Positions 24,312-35,700 of a stretch of DNA of 64,000 nucleotides are shown here, piece by piece. The notes below the pieces were generated by a model, which was not told the DNA's origin, made no database searches, and saw nothing but the letters and a program-made list of their open reading frames with translations. Position 1 is the first letter of the stretch, and each line of letters opens with the position of its first letter. The stretch covers positions 9,075 to 73,074 of IMG/VR virus record IMGVR_UViG_3300036783_000183; one strand, 5' to 3'. A program made the position numbers and the translations under genes. The DNA is from a virus (Duplodnaviria; Caudoviricetes).

Positions 24312-27300
24312 TCAAGGAACCATAGCAGTGTGCCGCGCGGCGCGCTCGGTAACGGTGCCCTGCCGCTCGGCGTGGCCGTAGTAGCGGATCTCCGCCGGGA
24401 CGTGAGTCAGGCCCAGCTCCAGCGCCGCGTCCCGGCGGTGGTTGCCCTCATTCAGCTCCGGGTCCTGCCCGTGGTCGACGGTGATGAACACCGGGTTGCG
24501 GATCCCGTTCTCGGCGATGTCGCGCTTGAAGTCCTCCCACTTCTCGCCCTGCCGGTTGCGGTGCTCGCCGGGTCGCTCGCCGCGTGCGCCGCGCATATTC
24601 GAGATTTCCGAAACAGGAATCATCCCGCGCTCGCTGCGGGTGATGTGGCTCGGGTCGCCCACCGTCCCCTCGTACTCGTGCACCTCCAGCTGCGGATCGG
24701 CCGCGCCGACCTTGCGGACCCGGTGCAGCGGGATCCTGGCGTGGGTCGCGGCGTAGCCCTCGGCCGAGGCGTGCCAGGCGTCGTCCGGGTGGTAGTCGAT
24801 CTGGTAGGTGTCCGCGCGGTCGCCCCCGGGGGTGTGGTGCCGCCAGCGCTCGTCCGGGGCCGCCGAGGCGCGCGTGTAGCCGCTGTGCGCCTGGAAGTAG
24901 CCGCGCTGCCGCGCCAGCTCCATCTCACTGGGATGGGCGACCCGGTACAGGTGCTCCGGGGGCTGGCCGGCCAGCAGCAGCCCGTGCGGGCCCTGCGCGA
25001 TATGGCCGCCGTACAGCTCGCCGGAGGACGGCAGGACGGGCTTGTGCTCAGACGGGGGCGCGGGCTGACTCAGCACCTCGCTGAGCCGCTGCAGCAGCCT
25101 CTCCATCTCGTCATCCGGGTCGGCGGCAGCGGTCTTCACGGGCGACGGCTGGTAGCTGAACTCGTCGGTCCAGTCGCTTTGCGCCAGGCGGGCATGCGCA
25201 GCGGGCACGGTCTTGCTGTAGACCTTCTCACCGGGGCGGAAGTCCTGCGGGTAGTGCGGGGTCAGGCTCACCCAGTCGCCCGGCTGGATCTCCCCGCCGG
25301 CGCGGTACAGCGTGACGGGGTGATCGGGCTTCCCGCGAGCCCTGTCGATGATGCCCCGGAGCTGATCGGCCGGGCCGTAGAAGCCGGACCCGTACCCGTA
25401 CTCGCGGTCGTAGTCCGGGTGGTCAGCCAGTTCGTGCAGGGCGGGCCCGGTCCCCGGGCGCTCAGCCGTCTGGTGCGGGAGCGCTGCCGTCGCCTGCCCG
25501 GGATGCCAGCTGGTGCCATCGGAATAACTCACGCCGTGCTCCGAGCCCGGGTCGTGCGGGCTTATCCGCTCCGGGCCGATGTCCTGGGTGGCCATCCAGG
25601 CGGGCTTCTCGCCGCTCTTCGGGTTGGTGTAGGTCCGGTCCTCGGTCAGCGGCAGGCCGGACACGTCGATCTTGTACATGTGGTGATCGGCCATCTCCCG
25701 GCGCCAGGCGTCGGTGCCGGGGTGCCCGTGCTCGGGCGGCACGTGATAGACGCGATCGGTGGCTGTCAGGTAGACGGCCCTCGGCGGGTCATCGGGCAGC
25801 ATGCCCGCGCTGGGCCGGGCCGGGATGCCGTGCGCCAGTGTCTGCTCGTGGTACTCCGGCATCTGCACCCGGTACATGTGCTCGCCGGGCTGCCCGGTCC
25901 TGGTCTCCGGCGGCTGCTTCCAGTGCGCCCGGCCCCGGCCATAGGTAATGGCATGCCGCCGGATCACCGTCACCGGGTCGTGGGAAGCGTAGCCGCCCAC
26001 TCCCCGGCCCTCCTGGACCTCACCCTGGGGCTCGACCTCGTAGACCCGCACCGGGCCCTCGTGGTAGTCATCGGTGCCCCACAGCCGCGCCTGGTCCGGG
26101 TCGGTGGTGAAGTGCACCCGGCGGTTCTCCAGGTTGCTGCGCAGCGTGGCACCGTCCGGGATCTCGGCGCGGGTGCCATGGTAGTAAGCGGCGGTCTTGC
26201 CCTGAGTGCGGAAGTCCTTGACCAGCACCGGCACCGGCTTGTCGTAGCCCGCCTCGTTCAGCGCGAATGTCCGGTGGTGGCCGTTCCACAGCCAGGAGTT
26301 CTCGTCATCGTGGACCAGGGTGATCGGGTGGCTGGGCGGGTAGCTGTGCGTGTCGCCGCTCATCCCGCCGTGGCGCCGGGGCTGGTAGCCATGCTGGCGG
26401 ATGTCCTCGGCCAGCTCGCTGATGTGGCGAGACCCGCTAGGATCCTGCATGCGCCAGGCCTCACGGCTGGCATACGGCAGAAGGTCGCGCGGGTGGATCC
26501 GCTGGACGTACTGCCGGTACAGGGCCGCCGTCTTCGTGCCGCGCGGCCGGGGCGGCTCGTAGCCCTCGTCGTGCTCGTCGCGGGCCAGCCGGTGCCGCTC
26601 CGCGCCGGGGAAGAACAGGTGCTTGTGATCGATCCAGTCGCCGACCCGGCGGACGTGCTGCAGCAGCGGCTCGCCGTCGTAGCCGACCCCGGCGATCTCG
26701 CCCCGGACCAGGTGGGCGGTCTCGTCAGGCTTGTCCTCGCCGTAGTACCGGTTGCGCTCGGCCTTGACCAGCCGGCCCTGCATCTCCTCGCGCGGGTCGT
26801 TGTCGGGGCCCTCGGTGTCCAGGTCGCAGTCCGGCTCGCACCACTCGTCATGGACGTGACCACGGTCCAGGCCGTGGTCGATATCCGGGTTGCCGTGCTT
26901 GTTCAGGTCGTAGACACTGACGCCGGTCTCGTGGTAGCCACCTGCCGGGCTGAAGGAGCGCTCGCTCTTCGGCCAGTGGCCGAACCGGAGGTAGAGACCC
27001 GTCTTCTCCGAGCCGCTGTAGTCCCAGACGGCCGTGACTGCCAAGCCCTGCCCAGACCCGCCGGGCCTTACCCGTCCAAGCGACGCCTGGCCGAGCGACA
27101 ACTGCCGTGAGCTTGCCTGCTTGTCCACCCGGCTGCGCCTGACTTTATCCCACGAAGCTGCAAAGCCGGGATGCAGTGCGCCCTCGTCCTTCAGGTCCTG
27201 GATCTCATCTTGCTTAAACCAGGCATGGCCCTCGGCCTCGAAGCCGGTCGAGCCGCCGCCCTTGGGCTGGAACTTGTCCCTGGCATCAGCGACGTGGGTA

Positions 27301-29729
27301 TCGGCGAACCAGCCGCCGTGGTCGTCGTGCACGGTGTGGTGGTGCTTGACCCGGGGCAGCGGGCCCATCTCCTCGGCCGCCTCGCGCCGGGCCCCGGCGT
27401 AGGAGTCCTCGCCACGGTGCAGCGCGCCGCCGGGCAGCGCCCAGGTTCCGGGGTGGTCGGTGGCGCCGGTCGAGGTGCGCTTCTGCAGCAGGTAGCGCTT
27501 CGTGCCCTCGTCGTCGGTGTGCCGCAGCAGCAGGAACGCGGCGCCGTGCGGGCCCCAGTGCTCGTGGCCCTGGTCGCAGGTCACGTAGCCATCGCTGTAA
27601 TCCCAGTCGTCGCCACCGGATGAGGCCTGGCGGGCAGCCTCGCGGGGCTCGCGGGGCTCGCGCGGGTACTCGCCGCCGTGGAAGCGGTGGTAGGCCAGCA
27701 CCCGGTCGCGCATCGCGTCGGGCTCGTCGCCGTCACTGGCATCCTCCCAGGTGCGCTCGTGCGGCTGCGGCTGCTCGCGCCACGGGGCGATGTGCTCGAC
27801 GTGCGTCGTCTGGATGTCCTCCGGCTGGGCGATCGCCGAGATGTGCTTCGGGCTGTTCATGGGCCATTCCGTGGTCTTCTGCATGGCCCGCATCGCGGCC
27901 TCGCCGCCACGCCCGAGGTCGGTGTCGTACGGCCCCTCGACATCGTTGCCGTAGGTGATGCCCCGGTGCCCCTGCTCGCGCAGGTGCTGGTTGAAGCCGC
28001 CCAGGATCTCGGGCAGGTGCGGGTGCCACTGCAGGACCTGCTGGGCATGCCCGGCCACCCGCTTGAAGTACCGGGGGTGCGACGGGTCCTCGTTGGTCCA
28101 CTGGCGCTCGGCCAGCTCGTCATCGCTCAGCCCGTGCGGGTTGGGCTCGCCGCCCGGCAGGTGCTCCTCGTGCCAGGCCCGGCGGGTGCCGGCCCGGTCG
28201 GAGTAGCTCCACTGCAGGCTCTGGTTCAGCTTGTCGTCGTGCCAGTGCGGGTAGTGCTTGTCGGCCCACTGGGCGACGGCCAGGTTCAGGTGGTCCTCGG
28301 TGGGATAGTGCGCCGGGTCGCGGAAGTTCAGCCGGGCGTGGACCAGCGCCCCGTGCTGGGAGGAGACGCTGCCGACGAACTTGTGCGCCACCTCGTGCAG
28401 CGGGGAGAGGTGCACGCCCAGGAGCTTGTTGGGCTGCGGCCAGCCCGAGGTCATCTCGCGCTCCCCGGGCTGCTGCTTCATGCGGTCGGCGTCGCCCCGG
28501 CGCTCGCCGAACTCCGGCGTGCCCTTGGTGCCGTGGAACCAGGTGTGATTCCATTCCGGCCGGCCGCCGAACCGGGCGGTGCCGTGATAGGGATTCGGGA
28601 ACGCCTCGCTCTCAGCCACGGCCGTGCGCCAGGTGCTGAAGTGCGCCAGCAGGGATGCGTAATGGCCGGGCGCCTGGTAGGAATCGACCACGCGGAAGGC
28701 CTTCGCGCGGTAATTGCCGTGCGCGAATCTCTCGTCCTCACCCGGCATGCCGTACGGCTCAATATCCCCGACCGGCTCGACCTTATGGACATGGACCGGG
28801 GTATCAGTCAGCGGGCTGAAATCGCGCATCGAGCCGAAGTACCGGGCATTCTCCGGGCTTGTCGTCGCGTGGACATAATCCCCGCCGTGAATGGAGTACC
28901 CGGGATTGCGCCCCTCCGGGGTGAGTACCGTGCCCGGCTCGAATCTGTCCAGGCTGCCGTGATACAGCGGAACGGCCGGATCCCAGGCGGCGAAGTGCGA
29001 CAGCAGGTCAGCAGCCAGGTGATGGCTGGGCTGCCCGAAGTCATGCCGGGTCCACTCGTGCTCGCCGCCGCGCTTCCAGGAGATCCCGGTCAGCCGCACC
29101 GGGGCGCCGTACTTCAGCGGGATCTCGTGCTCCGAGCGCGGGTGGTCGAAGCCGTACATGTGCCGGGCTTCGAGGTTGTCCGGGTCGTGCTCGATCTCGT
29201 GACGCTCCGGGCTCTGCGCGTGCAGCACGATGTGAGTGACCGAGGGCTTGGGCCCGTGCACGCCGACCGGGCCCTCATCCCAGTCCTCGGAGCCCCAGCT
29301 CTTCCCCGCCTCCTCGCTGGGCGTCCAGTGCACGCCCAGGTGGCCCTCGGTGTCCGAGCCCCAGGGGATGTCCTCCTGGGTGCCGCCGTGGAATCCCTCC
29401 CGGTGCAGGTAGCTCCGCAGAGCATGAGCCCGCTCGGCCACCGGGCGGGATTGATCGTGGACAACCTGGTGGACATCACCGGGCAGCTCCCTGGGGAAGC
29501 CACGGTGCATGCCGTGCTGGAACGGCAGGTGCACGCTCCAGTCGGTGTAGGTGTCCCGGTGCTGCTCGGCCTCGATCGGGTCATCGTGGTACCCGTGCAC
29601 CGGGCACTCGCGCATCTGCTCGCATTCCTCGTGCGAGCTGGCCTCGTTCTCGATGTCCTCGTCGTCGAGCGGCTCGCCGCAGTGGATGCAGTCAGGCCGG
29701 GCGCCGAAGTGCGCCATCAGGTCAGGCAT
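24312..29729 (-). CDS. Giant polyvalent protein 1 (1805 aa): several ADP-ribosyltransferase-like domains (one Arr-like), Nudix hydrolase, two ParB/Srx-like domains
   Basis: LYHGSLDRFEPG...YVHATT (Arr-like); WFHGT...GVHLS; YYHGT...VHFTT...VYEV; Nudix box PGGALHRGEDSYAGARREAAEEMG; LWNGHHRTFAL and LNEGNHRRDAA (ParB-like). Confidence 0.85.
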   Translation of the reverse strand: MPDLMAHFGARPDCIHCGEPLDDEDIENEASSHEECEQMRECPVHGYHDDPIEAEQHRDTYTDWSVHLPFQHGMHRGFPRELPGDVHQVVHDQSRPVAERAHALRSYLHREGFHGGTQEDIPWGSDTEGHLGVHWTPSEEAGKSWGSEDWDEGPVGVHGPKPSVTHIVLHAQSPERHEIEHDPDNLEARHMYGFDHPRSEHEIPLKYGAPVRLTGISWKRGGEHEWTRHDFGQPSHHLAADLLSHFAAWDPAVPLYHGSLDRFEPGTVLTPEGRNPGYSIHGGDYVHATTSPENARYFGSMRDFSPLTDTPVHVHKVEPVGDIEPYGMPGEDERFAHGNYRAKAFRVVDSYQAPGHYASLLAHFSTWRTAVAESEAFPNPYHGTARFGGRPEWNHTWFHGTKGTPEFGERRGDADRMKQQPGEREMTSGWPQPNKLLGVHLSPLHEVAHKFVGSVSSQHGALVHARLNFRDPAHYPTEDHLNLAVAQWADKHYPHWHDDKLNQSLQWSYSDRAGTRRAWHEEHLPGGEPNPHGLSDDELAERQWTNEDPSHPRYFKRVAGHAQQVLQWHPHLPEILGGFNQHLREQGHRGITYGNDVEGPYDTDLGRGGEAAMRAMQKTTEWPMNSPKHISAIAQPEDIQTTHVEHIAPWREQPQPHERTWEDASDGDEPDAMRDRVLAYHRFHGGEYPREPREPREAARQASSGGDDWDYSDGYVTCDQGHEHWGPHGAAFLLLRHTDDEGTKRYLLQKRTSTGATDHPGTWALPGGALHRGEDSYAGARREAAEEMGPLPRVKHHHTVHDDHGGWFADTHVADARDKFQPKGGGSTGFEAEGHAWFKQDEIQDLKDEGALHPGFAASWDKVRRSRVDKQASSRQLSLGQASLGRVRPGGSGQGLAVTAVWDYSGSEKTGLYLRFGHWPKSERSFSPAGGYHETGVSVYDLNKHGNPDIDHGLDRGHVHDEWCEPDCDLDTEGPDNDPREEMQGRLVKAERNRYYGEDKPDETAHLVRGEIAGVGYDGEPLLQHVRRVGDWIDHKHLFFPGAERHRLARDEHDEGYEPPRPRGTKTAALYRQYVQRIHPRDLLPYASREAWRMQDPSGSRHISELAEDIRQHGYQPRRHGGMSGDTHSYPPSHPITLVHDDENSWLWNGHHRTFALNEAGYDKPVPVLVKDFRTQGKTAAYYHGTRAEIPDGATLRSNLENRRVHFTTDPDQARLWGTDDYHEGPVRVYEVEPQGEVQEGRGVGGYASHDPVTVIRRHAITYGRGRAHWKQPPETRTGQPGEHMYRVQMPEYHEQTLAHGIPARPSAGMLPDDPPRAVYLTATDRVYHVPPEHGHPGTDAWRREMADHHMYKIDVSGLPLTEDRTYTNPKSGEKPAWMATQDIGPERISPHDPGSEHGVSYSDGTSWHPGQATAALPHQTAERPGTGPALHELADHPDYDREYGYGSGFYGPADQLRGIIDRARGKPDHPVTLYRAGGEIQPGDWVSLTPHYPQDFRPGEKVYSKTVPAAHARLAQSDWTDEFSYQPSPVKTAAADPDDEMERLLQRLSEVLSQPAPPSEHKPVLPSSGELYGGHIAQGPHGLLLAGQPPEHLYRVAHPSEMELARQRGYFQAHSGYTRASAAPDERWRHHTPGGDRADTYQIDYHPDDAWHASAEGYAATHARIPLHRVRKVGAADPQLEVHEYEGTVGDPSHITRSERGMIPVSEISNMRGARGERPGEHRNRQGEKWEDFKRDIAENGIRNPVFITVDHGQDPELNEGNHRRDAALELGLTHVPAEIRYYGHAERQGTVTERAARHTAMVP

Positions 29730-32700
29730 GAGAAGCCCCCGCGTCAGCCGTGGTCATGCCCTGGGCAAGTGCCTGCGGGTGGCCGTCGCCCGGCCCGTAG
29801 ATCACCTGCTTGAGCTTGCCGACCAGGGCGCCGCTGGCCTGGTCGAGGGCCTTCTCCAGGACGTTGCCGGTGCCCTGCCAGCCCATCCCGCCGGGGCCGA
29901 ACGACTCGGCCCGGCCCTCGTGGATGTAGCGCCAGATCCGGCTGGCCTCCTGCCGGCGGAACGGCTCGGGCAGCCGCAGGATGGCGCGCACCTCGGCGAT
30001 CAGCGCGCGGGCCTGCTGCATCAGCGCCGGGCCCTGCGGGAACTGCTCAGCCGACCACTGCGGCAGGTCCGGCGGCTCGACCGTCCAGGTGTCGTCGGAC
30101 AGGTTGTAGGCGGCGTACGGCTTGATGGCGCGGATGTCAGCGGTGTGGATGACGTAGCCGGTCAGGTCGTAAGTGCCGTCCGGGTCGAACGGCGGGTGCC
30201 AGCCGGGGGCGTTGAACCGCTCGCGCAGGACGGTGTTGAGCCGGTGCTCCAGCTCCTCATCCGTCATCTTGTCCAGGCCGGGGTGCGCCAGCCGGGCGTG
30301 ACTGTGCGAGATGCCGACCAGGACATCCAGGTCGCCGTTGCCGGTCAGGTCCGGGCTGGTCCACCGCGAGGCCTGCGAGCCGGCCAGCCAGGCCGTGGTG
30401 ACCAGGTGCCAGTCCGGGCCCAGCGCGTTGCCCAGGACGGTGCCCAGGCGGCTCATCAGCTCGTCCCGGACGGCCGGGCGGAGCTTCTCGTACTCGTCGA
30501 ACAGCCGGTGGTCCAGGCCGTAGGTCGGGCCGAAGATGCGCTCGGTGGGCGTGAAGACGGCCGTGCGGGAGCCCTCCTCCCTGCGCTGGCGGCAGGCGTC
30601 CGCGTCGGCGCACTCCATCGCCAGGCCCATCACGGGGGCGTACGGGCTGGCGCGCGTGAACTCCGATTTACCCGCCCGCACGCCGCACTTCCAGCACTCC
30701 TCCTGATCCGGCTGGAGCGGCTTGCGCCGGGCCCTGGCGCCCGTGCGAGGCGGCTGCTCGGGCTCGTGGTCCTCGCCGGCCAGGTGGTGCTGGGTGATCT
30801 GGATCTGGCCCGGGTCGAACGCGATGGCCGACCGGTTGCCGAGCTTGCCGTACCGGGACTTCTCGTACTCGTTGCCGTAGGTGACGCCATCGTGGCCCTG
30901 GGCCTGCAGCCGCTTCTTGAACCGGTCGGCGATGTCCCACTTGTCCGGGTGGGTGTTCAGCCAGACGGTGCGCATCGGGTGGCCCGCGAACGGGGTATGG
31001 AAATGCCCGTAGGTACTGGCCGGGATCTTGTCGTGGCCGTAGTCCTGCGCGATCCGGTGCGCATGCGGCCACATCTCCTCGACCTCGTACCGCTCGTCGT
31101 CCTCGTCGCCCTCGTCATCGTCGCTATAGTGCTTGCCGAGGCCGGAGATGTGACTGTCAGGGTGGTTCCCGGCCGCGTGCTCGTGCTCGTAGGCCTCGTG
31201 GTCCATGTCGTGCTCGGAGTCGTAGTGCTTGGGGTTCTTCAGCCCCAGCCGGGCGTGCACGACGCCCTCGGGCGGCTCTTCGTCGTCCCAGCCGTGGCGC
31301 TCGCTGGCGCCGGAGGAGTGCTCGCCCCGGGCGAACTCCTCGGCGATGTCGTGGTCGGCGGTGAAGTGCGTGCCGAGCAGCGCGTTCCAGTGGCCGCCCT
31401 CCTCGGACTCGGGCATCTCGTAGGCACCCGGGTGCACGTCGGCCGGATGGTAGAAGCCCTTGCCCAGCTCCTCGTGAGACGCCTGCGTGCCGTGAAACCA
31501 CTCGCTCCCGCCCGTGTGCGGGTTCTGCAGGCCCGGCATCGGCAGGACGGCCTCGTGCTGATTCCACTCGTCCCTGTTGGTCCAATGACCGGGGTCATCG
31601 GGACCTCTGCCGAGGTGGTCAGGGTCGTCCGGGTCCATCCAGCCCTCGTGCTGGCGGGTGGGGACCTCGCTGAGACCCGCCCGCTCGGCCGCCAGCAGCC
31701 GCGTGTGGCCGTTCATGACGCGCGGCGGGCTGGACTCGTAGTCGACCGGGATGGGCCGCTTCACGCCGTTCTGACGTACATCATCGACGAACGCGCGGAC
31801 CGTGGGGTGCTCCCAGACGATGTTGTGACGGACCTCATCCCAGGTACCGAAGTCGGTCGGGGCGTAGTGATCGAGCATGTGCCGGACGGAATCGGTGCGC
31901 TCGGCCGCCGGAATGGCAGTGGCCGTGCGTTCGCGCTCCGCGCGCTCGGCGCGCCGCTTCTCGCGCCGCTCGCGGTTCTGCGCCTCGTACGCCGAGTACA
32001 TCTCCTCCGGCTCATGCTCATGGCACATCGCGTCGGTCCGGCCGCCGCGCGGGCCCTTGCCCCGGTGGTTCTTCCCGCCGCTGAAATGGACCAGGCCGCG
32101 ATTCACCCGGGGGCCCGTGTACGACCACTCGTCCAGGGAGTTGCCCTCGTTGCGCAGGTGCTCGGCGCGGGCCTGGAACTTGACCACCGGGTAATCGTCG
32201 TCGGAGTTGGTGCTCGTGCGCCCCTCGGAGCGGGCATACCGGGCCGAGGTCGATACCCAGTCGCCCGTGTTGATCTCGCGGTGCGGCGAGGGCAGCGCCC
32301 GGTAGGCCCAGACCTTCCGGGAGGGCCAGTCCCGGGACCGGTGCACCTTGTCCATGGACTCCTCGGTGGCGCCCAGCTGGTACTCCCACGGGCGCTCGCG
32401 GAAATCGGTCGGCCAGATCTTGCCCGAGCCGATCTCGTGCAGCCCCTCGCCCTCGCCGGGGTCCGGTCCCTCGTGCTGCATCCGGTACTCGTCCGGGTTG
32501 GTGGCCATCCGGAACCAGGGCACGGAGCCAACGTGGGCCGACCCGATGCGCCGGAACACGGCGGTATGAACCTGGCCGCCGTGCAGCTGCTCGTAGTGGT
32601 GCACCTCCAGGGCGTCCCCGGTGCCGGTGCGCCACTCCCGCATGCCGCCCAGGGGATAGCCCTGGGCCCCGGGCCGGGGCCGGACGTGCAGCAGCGCGAA

Positions 32701-35700
32701 CCTCGACGGGTCCTTGGCCGCGAAGGCCCTGGTGTCGGTGGCGAAGAACATCGGGTCCTCGGCGCCGCCGGCGTGCTCCCGGTGCGCCGCGAAGTGCTTG
32801 TAGAAGTCGGCCGCGTTCTCCCGGCGCTGGTCCGGGTCCATCTCCTTCTCCCACCAGGCGTGCATCTTCTGCGGCGGCTTGTGCCCGCTCATCCAGCCCT
32901 CGTCGTCACGGGCCGGGCGCCAGCCGGGGCCCCGGGCCTTGTCGATCATCTCCTGGCTGGAGCCCATCGTGTTGTCGCGCTGGACGGCGTGGATCGTGTT
33001 GTGCAGCCCCCGGGGCAGCTCGTCGCCGTCCTTCCACTTGCTGTCCCAGTAATGCGCGATGTCCTCGTGGAACGGGCGGCTGGCGCCCTTGCCCGCCTTC
33101 GCGTCCTCCCACATCTGCCTCGGGGTGTACTTGCCGTTGACCACGCCGTGGAACTCGTGCAGGGAGCGCAGGATGCCCCGGCCCAGCTGGTGGTCCGTGG
33201 TGACGGAGATGGTGTCGTCCTCACCGCCGCCCAGGCCGTGCCCGCCGCGTATCTGGCTCAGCTCCTCGCGGGTCTTCAACCCGTGCTCGCGCACCGAGGG
33301 CAGGTCAGTGGTGGCGTGGTACATCTCGCGCGGCAGCGGCTGCCAGGTGGAGTGGCCGTAGTTGTCGGTAGCGTGGCCGCTGGCGTAGTAGCCGTGCGCC
33401 TTGGCCTGCTCCCCGGTCAGGTGGCCGAGGGACAGGCCGCGCTGGATGTGCGCCTTCCACCGCCGGCGCGTCTCGAACATGCGCTCGTTGTGCGCGTCCC
33501 GCTTCTCGTCCGGCCAGTCCCGGGGCGCGAATTTGTACTCGGGCTCAGGGCCGTACTCGGGGTGCTCTGCCAGCACGGCCTGGTGCTGCTGCCCCCATTC
33601 ATGGCCGCAGTTCTCGCAGCCTGTCTCGCCCTTTGAGACAAGGTGCCCGCATTCCGGGCACTCCCTGGTCTCGCTGCACGGCTTGTAGGCGCCGTGGGTG
33701 CTGGTGATGCGGGCCTGGTCCGGGTGGAAGATGATGGCGCACCTGTGGCCGATCGGCTGCTCGTACTCGTTCCCGTAGGTGATCCCGTCGTGGCCCTGCG
33801 ACTGCAGGTGGCGCCGGAAGCCCTCGGCGATCTGCTGGCTCTGCGGGTGCTGCTGCAGGGCGTCGGACTCGCCGTTCTCGTGGTAGCTGATCAGGCCCCT
33901 GTAGCCGTGGCCGCGCGCCCACTGGAAGCCTTCGCGCGCCAGGTCGTGCTCGGAGGCATAGTCCTTCGGGTGCTGCATGCGGACATCGACGTGGTAGACG
34001 TGACCGTCGCCATGGGCGCGGGCCGCCTCGGCCGCCATCGGGTGCTCGCTGGTGAAGTGGGAGCCCAGCCGCGAGTTCCACCAGCGGGTCTCGGGCGATT
34101 CCTCGCCGATGCTGCGGGCGTACTCCTCCTCGTCCTGGTGCTTCAGGCTCCGCTTGCTGAAGTCGAAGCGCTCGAACGGCTCGGGGTTGTCGCTGCCGTG
34201 GTACATGTCCGCAGCGGTGTGCGCGCCGCCAGGCCCCCAGGCGTACATGCGCAGGGTGACAGCCGCCTGCTTCCTGCTGGATTCTTCCGTCAGGCGCCGG
34301 GGAGTCCACGTCCCGGAGCGCACCGCCATCGCGTCCCAGCCCAGCTCGTGGGCGACCAGAACCCGGCGGTGCCCGTCATCCAGACGGCCCCGGTTGACCA
34401 CCAGGTCCCCGGGCTGTATGCCCAGGCCCATCCGGCGGCGCAGCTCATCGCCGCCGTCCTCGTCGTTGTCCAGCTTCTCGCGGATGTCGTCCAGGTGGTC
34501 CCCGACCCGGCCGCCGTAATCACCCGAGCGCAAGTTCAGGATGTCCTCCAGCGGCATGCGGCGGTAGCCGGCAGCCTGCTTCTGGTGGCCGCAGCAGGCC
34601 ACAGGAGGGCCCCAGTAGCCCTGCTCGCGGTAGCCGCCCGACCCGGCGTCCCGGACGTGCCTCGCTGGCACCAGGGCGTGGTGCACCACGTACCGGGCCT
34701 GGGGGTCGTCACTGCCGGACTCGGCGTAGGCGTGCTTGAGCGCGTAGGCCCGGGAGAGAGTCACCCAGTCGCCCGTATTGATCTCGTGCGGGGCCGAATG
34801 ATGGGTGGCCCGGTAGATGCGCACCGGGGTATCCGGCTTGCCCCGCACCTTGCGCATCTGGGCGATTGCCTCGGCATCATCGCGGACGCCTTCGGTCGGC
34901 GAGTCGGTGTAGTACTGCCGGTGCGTCAGGTAGTCCCCGGGCAGGTACGAAGTCTGGTCGAAGTCGGCGTCCGGGGCGTCACCGGCCAGGTCGTGGATCG
35001 GGGCACCATGCTGCATCGGCCGGTGGCCGATGCCGTAGTCCTCGACCCCGGCCTCGTGCTCCATCGGCGGCGGCTTCCACATGTAGCTCTCCGGCAGGAA
35101 CTCCGAGGGCCGCAACGCCGCCGGGATGTGCCTGCTGTGCCGCTCGTAGATCTCCGGGCCCTTCGACGGGCCGGGCAGCTTGTACTTGCGCCGGGCCGGG
35201 ATCCAGCTGTGCCGGTGGCCGGTGACCGGCACCGCCTCGTGCCCGGCCTGCGCCGCCCAGGCCAGGCGGCTGTTGCCCTCGGTGACGTAGGCGTAATTGG
35301 ACTTCGGATCCCAGGTCAGGTGGATCGGCTCGCGGATGCCGTGCGCCGCGACATCGCCGGCCATGTCGTCCCACTCCTGCGGGGTATGCCGGGGAGCCAT
35401 TTCCTGGCCTTCGGGGCTGCGCGACCAGCCGGGGCCGTGATGCCACTCGCGGTGCTTCATCAGCGCGTCGGTGCGCACCCACTCCACCGGGCGCTCCGGG
35501 TCGTGCAGGTGGCTGAGGTCGCCGCCGGGCAGCACGGCCTGGCGCCAGTGGCGGCGCTTCGGCGGGTTCGGCTGATCGTTCTCGCGCCCGGGGCACCACG
35601 GCATAGCCGCGTCGTCGCCCCGGTGCATCGCGCCGGAGCCGTCGCAGCGGTCGCACTCGCTGCGGTCCTCGTGCTCGCCCGTGGCGCGGCAGCAGCTGCA